Assembly: GCA_964016885.1 (NCBI GenBank)
Contig: OZ024740.1
Location: 275,590,001-275,654,000 of the forward strand
DNA length: 64,000 nt
Direction of reading: 5' to 3'
DNA from: Eledone cirrhosa
Lineage: Eukaryota
Both the position numbers and the translations under genes were made by a program. Position 1 is the first letter of the stretch, and each line of letters starts with the position of its first letter. Below are positions 12,956-26,839 of this stretch, piece by piece. A model generated the notes under the pieces. That model was given only the letters and a program-made list of their open reading frames with translations. It was not told the DNA's origin and did no database searches.

Positions 12956-14139
12956 TAAAATTCTCCACAAAATATCATCAATTATTCACTGATCCATAGT
13001 TCCACCCAAATAAATGCAATATTGCTCATACCAACAAACAGTGATGAATCATAAGATGTATTATGATAGACTAGACAAGTTGCACTCTCCACTCGATTCA
13101 GTTATGCTGGTGTCTAGGTTCTCTGTATGTTCGTTACATAAACATTTTCTTTTTACCTTCATTGCATTTTAATCCTTCCATCAGACCCTCAACAAAAGCA
13201 TGGGTATTGCCAGACAATTGCTGTTGTTGTTAGCATTATTGTAATTGTTTAGCTTCAGAACAGCCCTGATAAAGTAGAACAATGATCCAGGCATTCGAGC
13301 CATGATAATTTTATCTGATTTAAGACATAATGTGCCTAAGACCACATTATCCAATTTATCCATACACTTTTTAAAAGTGTGATTTGGCAGCTATTTCTAG
13401 CAGACCTAATGACACAGACTCCTTCCCTGGCTCTTTATATTTGGTTGGGTTGTGTTCTTGTTTTCATTTTTCTTGCCATTTAACCTCAGGCCAGCTTTAG
13501 GCAATAAAAGCTTATTACAAAACTATGACCATACCTATGTTTCCCCTCCATGATTTTAGGCATAATATATCTTAGGGCACACTATCGAATATATTTGTCT
13601 TGTTTTTAAGAATATAAGGTGTTATTTAGGAAAAAAACTAGTTGCTAATTCTAGTTAGCCACAGAGCTTCTCAGGAATTTCTCTTGTTTTTAAGAATGAA
13701 GGGTGTGATCTGGTAGAAACTGGTTGCTAATTCTAGTTAGCCAATAGACCCACAGAGCTTCTTAAGAATAGTGATATTGGTGGTGGTCATCGTGGTGGTG
13801 GTGGTGGTAGTGGTGGTGGTAGTGGTGGTAGTAGTGGTGGTGGTGGTGGTGGTAGTGGTGGTGGCAGTGGCAATGACATGGTTTCTGTTGTTGGAATCAT
13901 TGTAGATGTTTGGGGTAAAAGTTGAAAATCTGTGTTGGTGTCAATTGTATCTGCAGTTGAAGAGATGTCAAGGTAGAATTTGGTTAGATTGAAAGCATCA
14001 TTAGAAGTATCATCATCATTGTTAAAACCCACAGCATTAATAACAATAACAGTAAGATCAATAACAGAATTTCTTGTTATAGTAACATCATTAATAGTTG
14101 TGGCAGTAGTGTTTTCTTTGTTATAAGGTAGCAACAACA

Positions 14140-14152
14140 GTAGTAGTAGTAA

Positions 14153-14212
<60 letters not shown>

Positions 14213-14255
14213 CAGCAGCAGCAGCAGTAGCAGTAGTAGTAGTAGTAGTAGCAGT

Positions 14256-14322
<67 letters not shown>

Positions 14323-14425
14323 AAAGTAGTTGTATTTTCTTTGAGAAGACATGTTTTCTAGTTTGTTTGTGTGTGTATGTATGTGTGTATTGCTTTTTCT
14401 TTCTTTTTTTTTTTGTATTATTTCT

Positions 14426-14464
<39 letters not shown>

Positions 14465-15240
14465 TTGGTGGTGGAGGTTAGAGGTTAGTGTAGTGAGATG
14501 GCGGCCATGATGTCAGTAGGGGTACTAGGCTGGTGGTGGTGGTGGTGGTGGTAGAGTGCAGAAGATTTTCTTCTCAATGTTGAAGTCACTTTGGTACATA
14601 ACACTATCATGGCCTAAAGGCCCGAACCAGTGCACTTAGTGGAGAGGTATTGTAACATCATTTGGTGGTGGTGGTGGGGGGGGGGGGGTTGATGGGCAGG
14701 ATGACAGCAATGATGGAGAGAAAGGAGAGAAGGGGAGTGTGGAAGAGAAGAGAAGTGTGCAGTAAAGAAAATGGAGAAAGTGACATGAAGCATGCAAGTG
14801 AAGGTGGAAGTAGTGGTGGTGTTGGTGGTGGTTGTAGTGGTGGTGTTGGTGGTGGAAGTAGTGGTGGTGGTGGTGGTGTTGGTGGTGGTGGTGGTGGTGG
14901 TGGGTAGTAGTGGTGGTGGTGGTGGTGTTGGTGGTGGCAGTGGTGGTGTTGGTGGTGGTTTATAGTGGTGGTGTTGGTGGTGGAAGTAGTGGTGGTGGTG
15001 GTGGTGGTGGTGGTGGTGGTGGTGTTGGTGGTGGAAGTAGTGGTGGTGTTGGTGGTGTTGGTGGTGGCAGTAGTGGTGTTGGTGGTGGTGGTTTATAGTG
15101 GTGGTGTTGGTGGTGGAAGTAGTGGTGGTGGTGGTGGTGGTGGTAGTGTTGATAGTGGAAGTAGTGGTGGTGGTGGTGGTGGGTAGTAGTGGTGGTGTCG
15201 GTGGTGACAGTGGTGGCATGTAGTGGTATTGGCGGTAGTG
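14140..15240. repeat. (TAG/CAG)n tract (14140-14322) and (GGT)n-rich tract (14800-15240)
   Basis: Read directly; these explain the poly-Y/V/G/H/P ORFs. Confidence 0.9.
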
Positions 15241-15619
15241 GTAAGTGTTTGGAGGAAAGGGTGCTAGTAAATAAGATGTGGAAAAGGTGGGAGGATAATG
15301 ATAATAACAAAAATAATAATGAGGAGGAGGGGAAAAATGAAGGAGGTGAGAGAGGCCACCATGCAGTGACAATATAATATTTAATTTTTTACCCTTTTTA
15401 TTTATTTTTATTTTATTTTATTTTATTCCTTCTTTTCTGTGAAGGAAACAACACGAAACAATGAAAAGCACTTGCTTACACTCTTGAAATTTAATTGAAT
15501 TAAATAATAATAATGCTGATGATAATAATAATCATAATAATGATACATTTGATGGCAATGATATCAATAAAGATAATAAGGATGATGATGATGATGATGA
15601 TGATGACGATGATAACTCT

Positions 15620-16970
15620 TTCTAACATAGGCACAAGGACAGCAATTTGGTAGGGAAGTGAAAGCCAATATATTGGCAATCCCAGTATTTAACTGGTATT
15701 ATATTTGACGGTGGATTGGCAGTATCGGTAGAGGGTCGAATGTCATGCTTTGACGCATAGAGTTACGGCCCTTGCCATTGTGAGTTCAAATACCGCCGAG
15801 GTCAACTTTGCCTTTCATCCTTACGAGGGGGTCGATAAAATAAAGTACCAGTAATGTACTGGGATAATTGCTGGCCTTGTGCCAAAAGTAGAAACAATTA
15901 TATTTGATTGGCTCTGAAGGAAGGTGGATTGGCAGTATTGGTACGCCATGCTTTGAAGCATAGAGTTACGTCATGCTTTGAAGCATAGAGTTACGTCCCT
16001 TTATGATCTGAGTTCAAATCCCGCCAAGGTTAACTTTGCCTTTCATCCTTACGGGGTCGATAAAATAAAGTACCAGTAATGTACTAGGTAATTGCTGGCC
16101 TTGTGCCAAAAGTAGAAACAATTATATTTTATTGCCTGTGGAAAGATGAAAGAAAGGTAAAGTTGACCTTGGCAGGACATGAACTCAGAGCTCAAGTGGC
16201 TAGAATGATGATAATAATTGTTTCTACTTTTGGCACAAGGCCAGCAATTATCCCAGTACATTACTGGTACTTTATTTCATCGACCCCATAAAGATGAAAG
16301 GCAAAGTTAACCTCAGCGGGTTTTTGAACTCAGAACGTAAAGGGCTATAACTCTACGCTCTACCGATTCTGCCAATCCACTCTTAATAATAATAATTGTT
16401 TCTACTTTAGGCACAAAGCCAGCAATTTTGGGGGTGGAGAAAGTGAAATAAATCAACACCAGCGTATTACTGGTGTTTTATTGTATCGACCTCGTAAGGA
16501 TGAAAAGCAAAGCTAACCTTAGGGTATTTAAACTCAGATAGTAAAGAGCTGTAACAATATGCTTCAATGCATGCTGTTGGACACTCTACTAACAGTGCCA
16601 ATCCACTGCCCTTACCACCATCCTCATAATAATTACAATAATAATTGTTTCTGCTTTTGACACAAGGCCAGCAATTTGAAGGGAAGGGGAAGATGAATTA
16701 TATCGACTGCAGTGCATCCCTGGTACTTTATTTTATTGATCCCCGTAAGGATGAAAGGTAAAACTAATCTCGATAGGATAATAATAATAATAATAGTTTC
16801 TGAGTTTGGCACAAGGTCAACAATTTTTGTAGGGAGAGGCAAGTCGATTAAATCAATCTCAATGCATTACTGGTGCTTTATTTTATCATGCCCAGAAGTT
16901 TGAAATGCAAAGTTGAACTCGGTGTAATTTGAACTTAAAACATAAAGAATCACAACTAAAAGCTGCACGA
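15620..16970. mobile_element. Cluster of about 8 SINE family A copies in both orientations
   Basis: Plus copies at ~15710 and 15923; minus copies at ~15620, 16125, 16215, 16395, 16640 and 16795. Confidence 0.85.
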
Positions 16971-17029
16971 CTACTGCTCTTCTTCTTCTTCTTCTTCTCC
17001 TCCATCTTCTTCTCCTCTGTCTTCTTCTT

Positions 17030-17250
17030 CTTCTTCTTCTTGGGCGGGTTGTGGAGGTAGAGTGCTCAAACACTCCTTCCAGTGGGTCAGTCCTGTCATA
17101 AGCAACCATCTTCAATTGATCCAGCTGGATTCCCAAACGAGATCAGCCAAGTTCCTGGTTGTTATCCTATCATTGTGCTTGGAGTTTACTCCTGGATCTC
17201 CTACCAATTGGTTTTGCCTGTAAAATCTGTCCAGTGATTCACTTCTTAAA
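17030..17250 (-). mobile_element. RTE LINE 3' fragment with (GAA)n tail
   Basis: Degenerate GRRSRSK...W motif; related to 44985-45260. Confidence 0.55.
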
Positions 17251-18429
17251 TAATGGGTATGTTGGACAAGATAATAAGTATGCTTCTATGAATTTGCTTG
17301 ACCTTTTAAAAATAGCAACAAAAATCTCCCTAAAATAATATCCTTGTTTTCTTGAATAAAGAGTACAATGAGTGAAACAATAAGGGAAATTTCTGTGGGG
17401 TGATTTCACCTTATACAAATACTAACAAAATATTGAAATCACTGCTGTCTTAAATAGAAAAATATATATATTGGACCCGTCTAAACCCATGCTAGCGTGG
17501 AAGATAGACGTTAAACGATGATGATGATGATGGAGGTGGCAACATAACAGTTTCCCTACAATCACAAGCTCTTTTAGAAACAGCAACCAAATCTTCCCCC
17601 AAATCCCCAACAATTATCTTAGTAAAAAAACGACATGTTGAATAATGTGGACACTAGATTGGGCCCATCACTGAGGATGGGGTAAGGATGGTCACAGCAT
17701 GGCACTACCCCTTACTTATCAATGGTGCACCCTCAGGTTTGGAGCTAAACAACAAAACACATCAGTTTATATTTCAACACATACATTTACGCACATCTAC
17801 ATACATAGATGCATACATATATAAATACATACATAAATACATACATAAATACATACATATATACAACCATACATACACACACACACATACATACATAGAT
17901 ACATACATAAATACTTACATACATACAACCATAAATACACACACACATAAATACATATGTATGTATGTACATACATACACACATACATGATGGCTGCAAA
18001 CTCTACTAAGAGTATTGCAATCACTTGTCAGATTATAGAGTTTGGTGCACTTTTAGGCTACGGCCAGCCACACAAACCTGTAACATATCCTTAACAAGCA
18101 ATGCCTGTGCTTTGAAGGTTTTTTAAGTGGGTAAAGGTCTTGAACTCGACCAATCCCACTTTTTGAGCATCAAAAACACTACCCATAAAGGAGAACTGGT
18201 CAATGTCAAAGGATGCTTCCAAAGCTGCAGGTTTTTTTTTCAGAGTTTCCCACTCCAAGAAAGGTGACAAAAACTGGGGGCCTTTCACACCCAGGTGAAA
18301 AAAAACAAAAAAACTACTATTTGGATGGCCGTTGACTCTGCTGAGTTCCTCCAACCTTTGGAGGGTCTTGTATTTCAACCCGCAGGGTGTCCAAATATCA
18401 CCCTCCTCACCAAGCTACATACATACATA

Positions 18430-18600
18430 TATGGTGGCTGCCAACTCGTTTTCAAGTACGGCCACTACTTTATATCCATGTAGGAGAACCCCTACCGATG
18501 CGCTGAATGAGTGTGACCTTTTAGTCCAGCCAGCGACTTGAAATCTCTGGTACAAACACTACACTTGTGACAATTACTGACACATAGTGCTGGGCCCATA
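18430..18600 (-). mobile_element. LINE (RTE-like) 3' end with terminal C2H2 motif
   Basis: CSVCTRDFKSLAGLKGHTHSAH followed by a stop and a short UTR. Confidence 0.5.
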
Positions 18601-20557
18601 CTTACATTCATACATTCATACATACATACACACACACACATACACATATTTGCAAATAGTTTTATAATTTGACAATTGATTTGTTGATTGGCAATATCAA
18701 TCTCAATTGCACCCAAGAAAAGTCAATTCTCTGATGGGCAACTCTCCTGTCTCTGAGTTGATTTGTTCCTCATTTATTTAATACAACAGATAGTACACCA
18801 AATCTTCAAAAGTTTATATTTTGAGCATCAGAAATTCAGAATGTGTAATTCCTTATAATTAGATAAAAATTGGATTTGCTTTTAATTTTTGAAATTTATT
18901 TTTTAAAAATCAGAATCTGATTAGGTTTAGGGAATTTACAGCTGCAATAAATGTGCTAGGTGCATCTATTGAAGAGATTGCCAGCACTAAGAAGGTTGCC
19001 ATGTCTATTGCTCAACTGAAAAATCTTCCCAAAACAATGTTTGACAAGTTTTTTATAGCTGTATTCCCTTCTTATCACCAATCTTTTCATAGGGTGTACT
19101 AGGTACATTTACCATGCAGATCACCAAAACTAAAGAGGTTGTCCTGCTCCTGACATAATTAAAGATTCTTCTCAACTCTTTCTGCCATGCTTACTATAAC
19201 AGGATGCTCTTCCTATCATTAACCACTTCACAGGATTCACTAGGTGCCTTTTTTGTGACACCAGAACTAAAGAGGTTGTCAGTCATTGGCTCAAATGAAG
19301 AGCCCTCACTACCCTATGGGTGGATGGATGGTGGGTAGAGATATGCCAAGTGTGGAGGGATTTTAAAAGGTGCAAAATGATGAGAAGAATGAGTGGACTG
19401 ACTTCTTTCAGTGTGGGACACACAGTGGTGATAACAGTGACTAAAGGTTTATGCTTGATGTACCATGATTTTAGAGAGTAAGAGGTGGATCATGAGTAGG
19501 GTGAGATAGTTGGTAGTTACCCTGGATAGCATGGGTATGTTAGGATATAGGAGGATGGGAGATGATCCTAGATAGAATAAGAGTGGGTGTTCAGTGATAG
19601 TGAGGATAGCTACTAAAGGGTGCTAGTGGTAGGCATGGAGAGCATATTGCTGGGTCAGGCCAGGTTACATTTTCAGCCAATCCTCATGGTCCCTTGTCAT
19701 ATATGTTGTAAGGTTCAGCCTTTTTAGATCAGTCCACACTGCCACATTCCATGGCTTCCTGGGCTTTTTTCTTGCATGAGTTCCAGCTATTGAGATTTCT
19801 CTACATTTTTTATACAGCTGCCATCTTCCATACACATCGCATGTTCATACAAGCATTGTCTTCTCGCTGTATGATACCTTTGTGTTAACTGTAGTGCAAC
19901 GTGACAGTGAGGCAAGGATCTTGATTGCAGAAGAGCTAAGAAGGCTGGAATGAAATGAAATGATGATGATTTAATGGATGTGTAATATTAGAGTGCATGA
20001 ACAACGCAGGATAAGTGTGCTGAGAGAAAAACCTCGGTATATGAGGAACTGGATATAGTGTGCAAAAGAGAAGGTAGTGCTTGTATGGACATGTGATGTG
20101 TATGGAAGATGACAACTGAATAAAGAAATGCAGAGAAATCTCAGTAGATGGGACTCATGCCCTTTATTGTCAGCTGAAATAACAACTCCCTAAACTTCTT
20201 CCAGCTTGTACTTACCCCCTGCTATTACATTATCAGAGCATCGTCCCTCACTACAAATTAGGTCTCTTAGGTAACAAAAGCTGTCGACAACTTCTAGGGA
20301 GGCTCCCTGACAGCTGAGGGATTCTATTTCATGTGTGCTCTTAATGTGCTCTATATCTGCCATATACAAAATTTACCTTCTCCATTTACCTGTCTGTAAT
20401 TCCACTACATTTTTGTGCAGCCATAGATTAGAATCTGTTTACTTTGTGGACTTCTGCCCACCTTTTATTGAGACATTGAGCAAGGCCACTTACCTGCTGG
20501 TAACAGCTTCTTGTCCTCCTCCTTCCTTAGCTATGTGTGTGTGTGTATATATATATC

Positions 20558-20681
20558 GGAACGAGTAGGACCCCGACGGCTGAGCTCAAGCCGTTTCGAC
20601 GGCTAATTCTGGACTAAACGTTTAGTCCAGAATTAGCCATCGAAACGGCTTGAGCTCAGCCGTCGGGGTCCTACTCATTCC
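20558..20681. repeat. Loopless palindrome carrying 3' halves of a hammerhead
   Basis: 62-bp arms centred on AAAC/GTTT. Each arm has GAAA-CGGCT-tgagctc-AGCCG-TC but no CTGANGA. Confidence 0.85.
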
Positions 20682-20763
20682 TATTACCCACTCTACTACC
20701 CTAAGTATTGAGTACTTTGGTGCGTTATGGTCCACCTGGTTCCCTACCACATTTCCTTTGTTA

Positions 20764-20814
<51 letters not shown>

Positions 20815-20816
<2 letters not shown>

Positions 20817-21030
20817 GGCTGAGTGGTTAGAGAATTGGATTCGCAATCGTAAGGTTGTGAGTTCGATTCATGGACCAGGCGATGCATTATGTCCTTGAGC
20901 AAGACACTTTATTTCACGTTGCTCCTTCTACCTGGAGTTGCGACCAATAGATAGTATTAGCAATTGGAAAGACCAACGGAAACATTGTTCCTTCGGTCCG
21001 ATTTGACGAAAATCGATCGTTCCTTTAATG
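20815..21030 (+). mobile_element. SINE family B
   Basis: TGGCTGAGTGGTTAG, GAGTTCGATTC, TGTCCTTGAGCAAGACACTT. Confidence 0.75.
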
Positions 21031-21115
21031 TATATATATATATATATATATATATACATACATATATATATATTTATTTAGGATTGTTGTTTTATATTCC
21101 TTTGTTATATTTCGA

Positions 21116-21173
21116 ATACCTGATGATGTCACCGGATTCATACTGAAGCCGGTCATTGAAATGATCATAGTAT
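21116..21173 (+). ncRNA. Type I minimal hammerhead ribozyme motif
   Basis: ATAC-CTGATGA-tgtcACCGG...CCGGTcatt-GAAA-TGATCA-TA-GTAT; same family as 1110. Confidence 0.75.
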
Positions 21174-21203
21174 AATACACCAGTCCAGCCTCCTGTTACC
21201 TTA

Positions 21204-21243
<40 letters not shown>

Positions 21244-21244
21244 A

Positions 21245-21446
21245 TACTAGGTTCAGCTGAAAAGTTGATAGGTTGACCAAGATACTCTCATGAAATGTCC
21301 AAAGGAGGTTTATTTTTCAACATAGTTCCTGGAAAGAAACAATGCAGTTATTGATAAAAAGGACTGAAATTAATGCATGCAAGATTTCACAGCTCAAGCA
21401 CCAATGCTTCATAGATAGCCTCTAAACTTTTCAGTCAACCCTCATA
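21245..21446. mobile_element. Tc1/mariner-type MITE
   Basis: TA-flanked imperfect TIRs ...CTGAAAAGTT / AACTTTTCAGTCAACCCTC. Confidence 0.65.
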
Positions 21447-21526
21447 TATATATATATATATATTAATTCAAAATATTAATAAATGTAGACATTCAACGTA
21501 ATCAAAATATATTTTATTATATATAT

Positions 21527-22187
21527 AGAGATAAGAGGGATCAGATGTTGTTTACTCGAGAGAAGGCTACGTTGGTATGGACACGTGATGCGCATGAAAG
21601 TCGATAGCTGTATAACAAAGTGCAGGGCAATAAAGATAGACGGTAGTGACGGAATAGGCAGACCTAGAAAAACTTGGGACGAGCTGATAAACTCCGACAT
21701 CACACACTTACACCTCTCCAAGACAATGTCACTGGACCGAGACCTTTGGCGGTACTCAGTAACAGAGAAGACCCACCTTACCTAAATATATAGTAAAATC
21801 TACTCCAGCCAGTAGGCATCTCTAACAAAATACACCCCGTCCCACCACCCCCACCCCCACCCCATCCATACCACCCCGTTCTATGTAAAGTTATGTTGGT
21901 GCCGCGCCATCCAGGCCGAAACAAATGAGATCGTGTAGGTGTCACGACAAAAAAACACACAGTCCACGCTGTAATGTGGCTGTGTAGGCAACACGGTAAA
22001 AACCTCCCAGACCCACACTGTAAATGTGGTTGGTGTTAGGAAGGGCATCCAACTGTAGAAAACCTGCCAGACAGTCCTATGCGAGCAAGACAATCACTCT
22101 TGCCTCAAGTGGGACTACCCCCGTCCAAACCCATGCAAGCGTGGACCACGGACGTTAAACGTTGATGATGATGATGATGATGATGAT
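21527..22187 (+). mobile_element. RTE LINE 3' part
   Basis: Near-identical inverse copy of 1712-2360; (GAT)n tail. Confidence 0.9.
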
Positions 22188-22362
22188 ATTTCAGAGGTAC
22201 TGTGCTGTTTTTTCAGTATGTCCTCATCAGATAAAATATATAAATTGATGTATGACATACCTCAACTGTGCTGATGGTTCAATTCCAGTATTGGCAGTAA
22301 TGAATTGAACCATCAGACAGGAATTGAAACAACACCACAGTTGAGGTATGTCATTTCAATTT

Positions 22363-22434
22363 ATATATTTTATCTGATGAGGACGTACTGAAAAGACAGC
22401 GCAGTACCTCCGAAATATATATAATAAAATATAT
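22363..22434 (+). ncRNA. Type I minimal hammerhead ribozyme motif
   Basis: ATATATTTTAT-CTGATGA-GGAcGTACTG...CAGTACcTCC-GAAA-TATATA-TA-ATAAAATATAT; 11-bp stem I. Confidence 0.85.
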
Positions 22435-24054
22435 TTTGATTACGTTGAATGTCTATATTTATTAATATTTTGAATTAATATTAATAACTCCAGAAAACTT
22501 TTATGTTGAGTACTTCTAATCTATTGTAAAACTATATTCATTGATTAATCAATGAACCTTGTTTAACTTTTGGTTATATCTATATATATGTGTGTGTGTG
22601 TTGTCTTTCTTTTCATGCCTGCTGCTCTATGTTTTTATGTTGTCTCCACCATCGCTACCGAAACAGTCCATGACTTTTCCATAACTTCCTACTCCACCTT
22701 TGTCCATTTTATCTCTTACTCTCTAAACTCTCAGTTTGTCTTTTCATACCTCTTTGCTTCTCTCTTTCTCTATATCACTCCCCTCAGGTCTCTTCCTAAT
22801 CCCAACTACTCTCTTAGCAGATTAATCCTAGCTTCCACCTCCTATTTTTACAATGTAGATTGTCATTGTATTCCAAATATTTCCTAGTCATCTCTGTCAA
22901 GACAAGATGCATAATATCTGGCAAGATTGTAAGAAGACAATAAATACTGAATTTATTGAATTTATGAACATATATACATGTTTATGTTTATATATATATT
23001 TGTGTGCATATATATATATATGCACACAAATGTATAGCATATATTTATAAGCATAAGCACACATATATATGCATATAAGCATGTGGCTATTACATTCCTC
23101 TCTATGTTATGAGATTTATATGAAAAATGACATTAACTAAGAAAGTAATTTGTGATAAAATTTGATGTACATGTTCATAAATGATGAATATATAAATTTA
23201 TATGCACATGCATATAATTACACATGTTTAGACGCATACATGTATATAACTGAATACCAGCCATCCTCACTAATGTACACATACATACAGTTAATATCTA
23301 GACGAGAAATATTTAGACAAGTTTGTATTCTTATTGGCATATTGATAGATTTTCAAGTAACATCTTTAATGGTAAAATGAATTTAGTTCTAGATGTTAAA
23401 TAGTTATAAAGATTGATAAATATAATTGTTGCTATCTTTGATATCATTGTAATTATGACTATAATGATGTAATGATTTCATATATATATATAGGTATGTA
23501 TAGTAATAATAATAAATTTGAAGACTAAAATCCAAAGAGGGCTCGATAAAGATAAATATATATCAGATATATAAGAACCGTAGAGCAAATATTTAAATAT
23601 TTATTAAAATAACAGATTAAAGTTTAAGCAAAGAATCGCTGCTTTCACGCTTAACGGGATCTTCAGAAGATAATAAGTATATACATATATATATATAATA
23701 GAATTAGAATTTAGCTTTGAGCATGGCTGTATAGAGATATATATTGGAATTTCATATCTCTAAAGAAATACAGTATGTTTATAAATAAACATTTAGAAAG
23801 CCATAGCTATGCAAAAATACCGGTGGTTATCACCACCTGGTGGTGTCCAGCAGAAGCAAGTGGAACATTTGTCGATGCATTCCGATCTTTATTGGTTTCT
23901 CATCAGGACAATCCCTCCTGCTCTTGCAACTTGAAAACAGGTGAGAATATATAGTTTTCTCATATTTGTAAATAAGGGGATTAATCTCATTTGTATATGA
24001 AGCTGTATAAGTTGGCTCAATATATATATATATCAGAATACATATATATATGTG

Positions 24055-24220
24055 AAGGCACATGGCTTAGTGGTTAGAGCATTGGGCTTGCAATCAAAAG
24101 GTTGTGAGTTCAATTCTTGGACCATGTGATGTGTTGTTTCCTTGAGCAAGACACTTTATTTCATGTTGCTCCAGTTTACTCAGCTGTAGAAATGAGATGA
24201 TAGGACTGGGGTCCCTATCA
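24055..24220 (+). mobile_element. SINE family B
   Basis: TGGCTTAGTGGTTAG, GAGTTCAATTC, CCTTGAGCAAGACACTT. Confidence 0.75.
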
Positions 24221-24344
24221 TTAAATCACGCAAGACATCTCCAATGAGATATACCTTGGAGGAGGCTAGCTAAACCTGCATAGGTGTGGGCTGTCACACA
24301 CATACACACATGTATATATATATAATACAGCCCAGTTACTTTGG

Positions 24345-24630
24345 ACCTCACTTTAACACAATGGATCATGGAAAGAACTAGAGACAAGCCACACCAAGCT
24401 TAGCCCTAAACAAATAAACTCATATATGCACAAGTACCACCAAACTCTGGGAGGGCTCTGTAGAAACAGTAGACAGCTTCTGCTACCTAGGTGACCGAAT
24501 TAGCAGTGGAGTTGATGTCCGGAAAGTACAGTAACCAGGGTAAGAACGGGATGGAAGAAGTTCAGGGAGCTACTGCCACTGCTAGCTGCAAAAGGCTTTT
24601 TCCCTCAAAATGAAAGGCAGACTGTATGAT
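24345..24630 (+). mobile_element. RTE LINE internal fragment
   Basis: VETVDSFCYLGD...GWKKFRELLPLL...FSLKMKGRLYD. Confidence 0.8.
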
Positions 24631-25455
24631 TTTAGTAAAGAATTAGCATTAGATAAAAATAGAACCAAGAAGGAACTGGTAGAAAAAGTAGAAGAGACAA
24701 TTAGAAGTGGCAACGTAGCCAGTGTGCTAGCAACGAGAACGGCCTTGGACCAGTTCTTCGACGCAAAGCATGAGGGCTGCGTTGTCAGAAGCAAAATATG
24801 TGCTCTGGGAAACGAGTGACGGAGGCAAAAAGTGGCAACAAGTCCACGATTCGGTCTTTGAAGGACCAAAACGGACGTGTGATACGTGAGCCAAAGCAGA
24901 TGTGTGCGGCCTTTCAGCGGCACTTTGCTCAACTGTTCGGGCAGGGTGGCGCGCCAGGAGGGGCTATGGATTTCGGTCCATACCTCAACGGACAGCGAGG
25001 CAAAGTTCTGTGAAAAGCCAATTTCAGCCGCTGAGATAGGGGATGCGCTGAGCCAATGCAGCAAACACAAATCTCCAGGTCTCGATGGTCTACCCTACAA
25101 ATTTTACGTAGCAATGCCGGACTTATTCTCCGGTCTCCTGGATGTGGTCTACTGCAACTGGCAGCAGAACGGGAGAATTCCCAGTTCTGTGACCGGGGGC
25201 GTAGTCACACTAGTCAGGAAGGACGAGAATAAGGAGGATGACATAGGCAAATTCCGGCCCATAACTCTGCTAAACACAGAGTTACAGATTTTGGCCAAGG
25301 TGTTGGCAAAGAGGCTGGCACTGGTGGGAGAAGCGCAGACATGCGCAATCCCGACCAGGTCCATACACAACAACCTCCACCTCATGCGATACATCATAGA
25401 GAGGGTAGGGTGTAAACCCGGCTTCGGTGGGGCCCTGATCAACTTGGATCAGTCT
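24631..25455 (+). mobile_element. Tx1 LINE ORF2 internal fragment
   Basis: FFDAKHEGCVVRS...KSPGLDGLPY...FRPITLLNTELQILAKVLA...NLDQS; close to the ORF2 at 31948. Confidence 0.9.
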
Positions 25456-25596
25456 AGTACTCATTTTCAGCTGAGTATACTGGAACAACATGAAATGAAG
25501 TGTTTTGCTCAAGAACACAACACGTAACCCAGGAATCGAACCCACGACATTATGACCGTAAGTCCAACACTCTTACCACTTGGCCATGTGCCTCCA
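25456..25596 (-). mobile_element. SINE family B, 5' half
   Basis: Minus strand TGGCCAAGTGGTAAG...GGTTCGATTCC...TGTTCTTGAGCAAAACACTT. Confidence 0.75.
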
Positions 25597-25745
25597 CATA
25601 TGTATATATATATACACATAAATATATACACATAAACACATATACACACATATATATATATATGCACATAGTAATATTTGCACAAATAAATGTAAACACA
25701 GAGACATGTACATTATGTACACATACATGCACACATACATGCACT

Positions 25746-25778
<33 letters not shown>

Positions 25779-26839
25779 GCATACATACACACATATACAC
25801 ACATCCTCATAGTAATACATGCAAAACATATATAAACACACACAGAAGTGCTTTATCTACAGATATAAACACAGATGCACACGCACACAAACATACATAC
25901 TCACATATACACACACACATACATACACACATATACACACATGCTCATAGTAATACATGCAAAAACATATATAAGCACACACAGAAGTGCTTTATCTACA
26001 GATATACACACACATGCACACAAACATACATACCCACATATACACACACACATACATACACACATATACACCCAATATTTTCACAAACATATACTCGCAT
26101 AAACATAGTTACATGTACATTATACACACACACAAACACACACATACACACACATATATATAGACATGCACATAGCAATACTTGCAGAAAACATATATGA
26201 ACACAGTTACATGTACATGTACACACAAACACACACACACATACAAACACACAAACAAACGCACAAACACACATATACAAACACTCCTATGAACACATAC
26301 AATAATATTTAAGATTGAGAAAGTTTATTTTATAAATTCAATCAATTTAAGATTCTCTACATAAGTATATAACTTAATAATGTTAAATTACTTATAGATA
26401 TTACAAGTGTTGATATAATTGCTGTTGTTGTTACAGATGTTGTTATTATTACTGCTGCAGTTATTGTTTTTACTCTTTATGCTGCTGTTGTTGTCACTAT
26501 TGTTGGTTTTGTTGCTGTGGTTGATGTTGCAGTTTATGTATGGTTATATATTTTTATTCATTTTTTTTTCAATAAAAACGTTGTTTTACATGTGTTTTTA
26601 AAACATTCTATTTAAATTTTAAGGTTTGGTGAAAAGTCTTGCCCAAGGAATTTTTCATACTACATATACACAAACACACATACACATGCATGGGTGCAGG
26701 CATATTAGTGAAATCAAGAAGTTGCAAAGTTTGCTTTACCATCATGTGATTTTTGGTTCAATCGTAATGTCGGAATATTTTCTACTAAAGACATTGGGTA
26801 GATGGCAACTTCCCTGACAATCATCTATTGAACTGAGAA

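Larger units (their letters stand above)
21460..22525. mobile_element. Foldback hammerhead element interrupted by an RTE
   Basis: 21460-21526 plus 22188-22270 is the reverse complement of 22337-22482; inner hairpin CTGATGGTTCAATTC/GAATTGAACCATCAG. Confidence 0.85.

Noticed and set aside
13787-14137. Thr/Asp-rich 116-aa ORF
   Set aside because: Low-complexity sequence between trinucleotide tracts with no splice or domain support.
18492-18600. Host C2H2 zinc-finger gene
   Set aside because: Single finger with no TGEKP linker, followed by a stop; better explained as a LINE C-terminus.
20815-20880. tRNA gene
   Set aside because: A and B boxes are present but there is no cloverleaf, and it runs into a SINE body.
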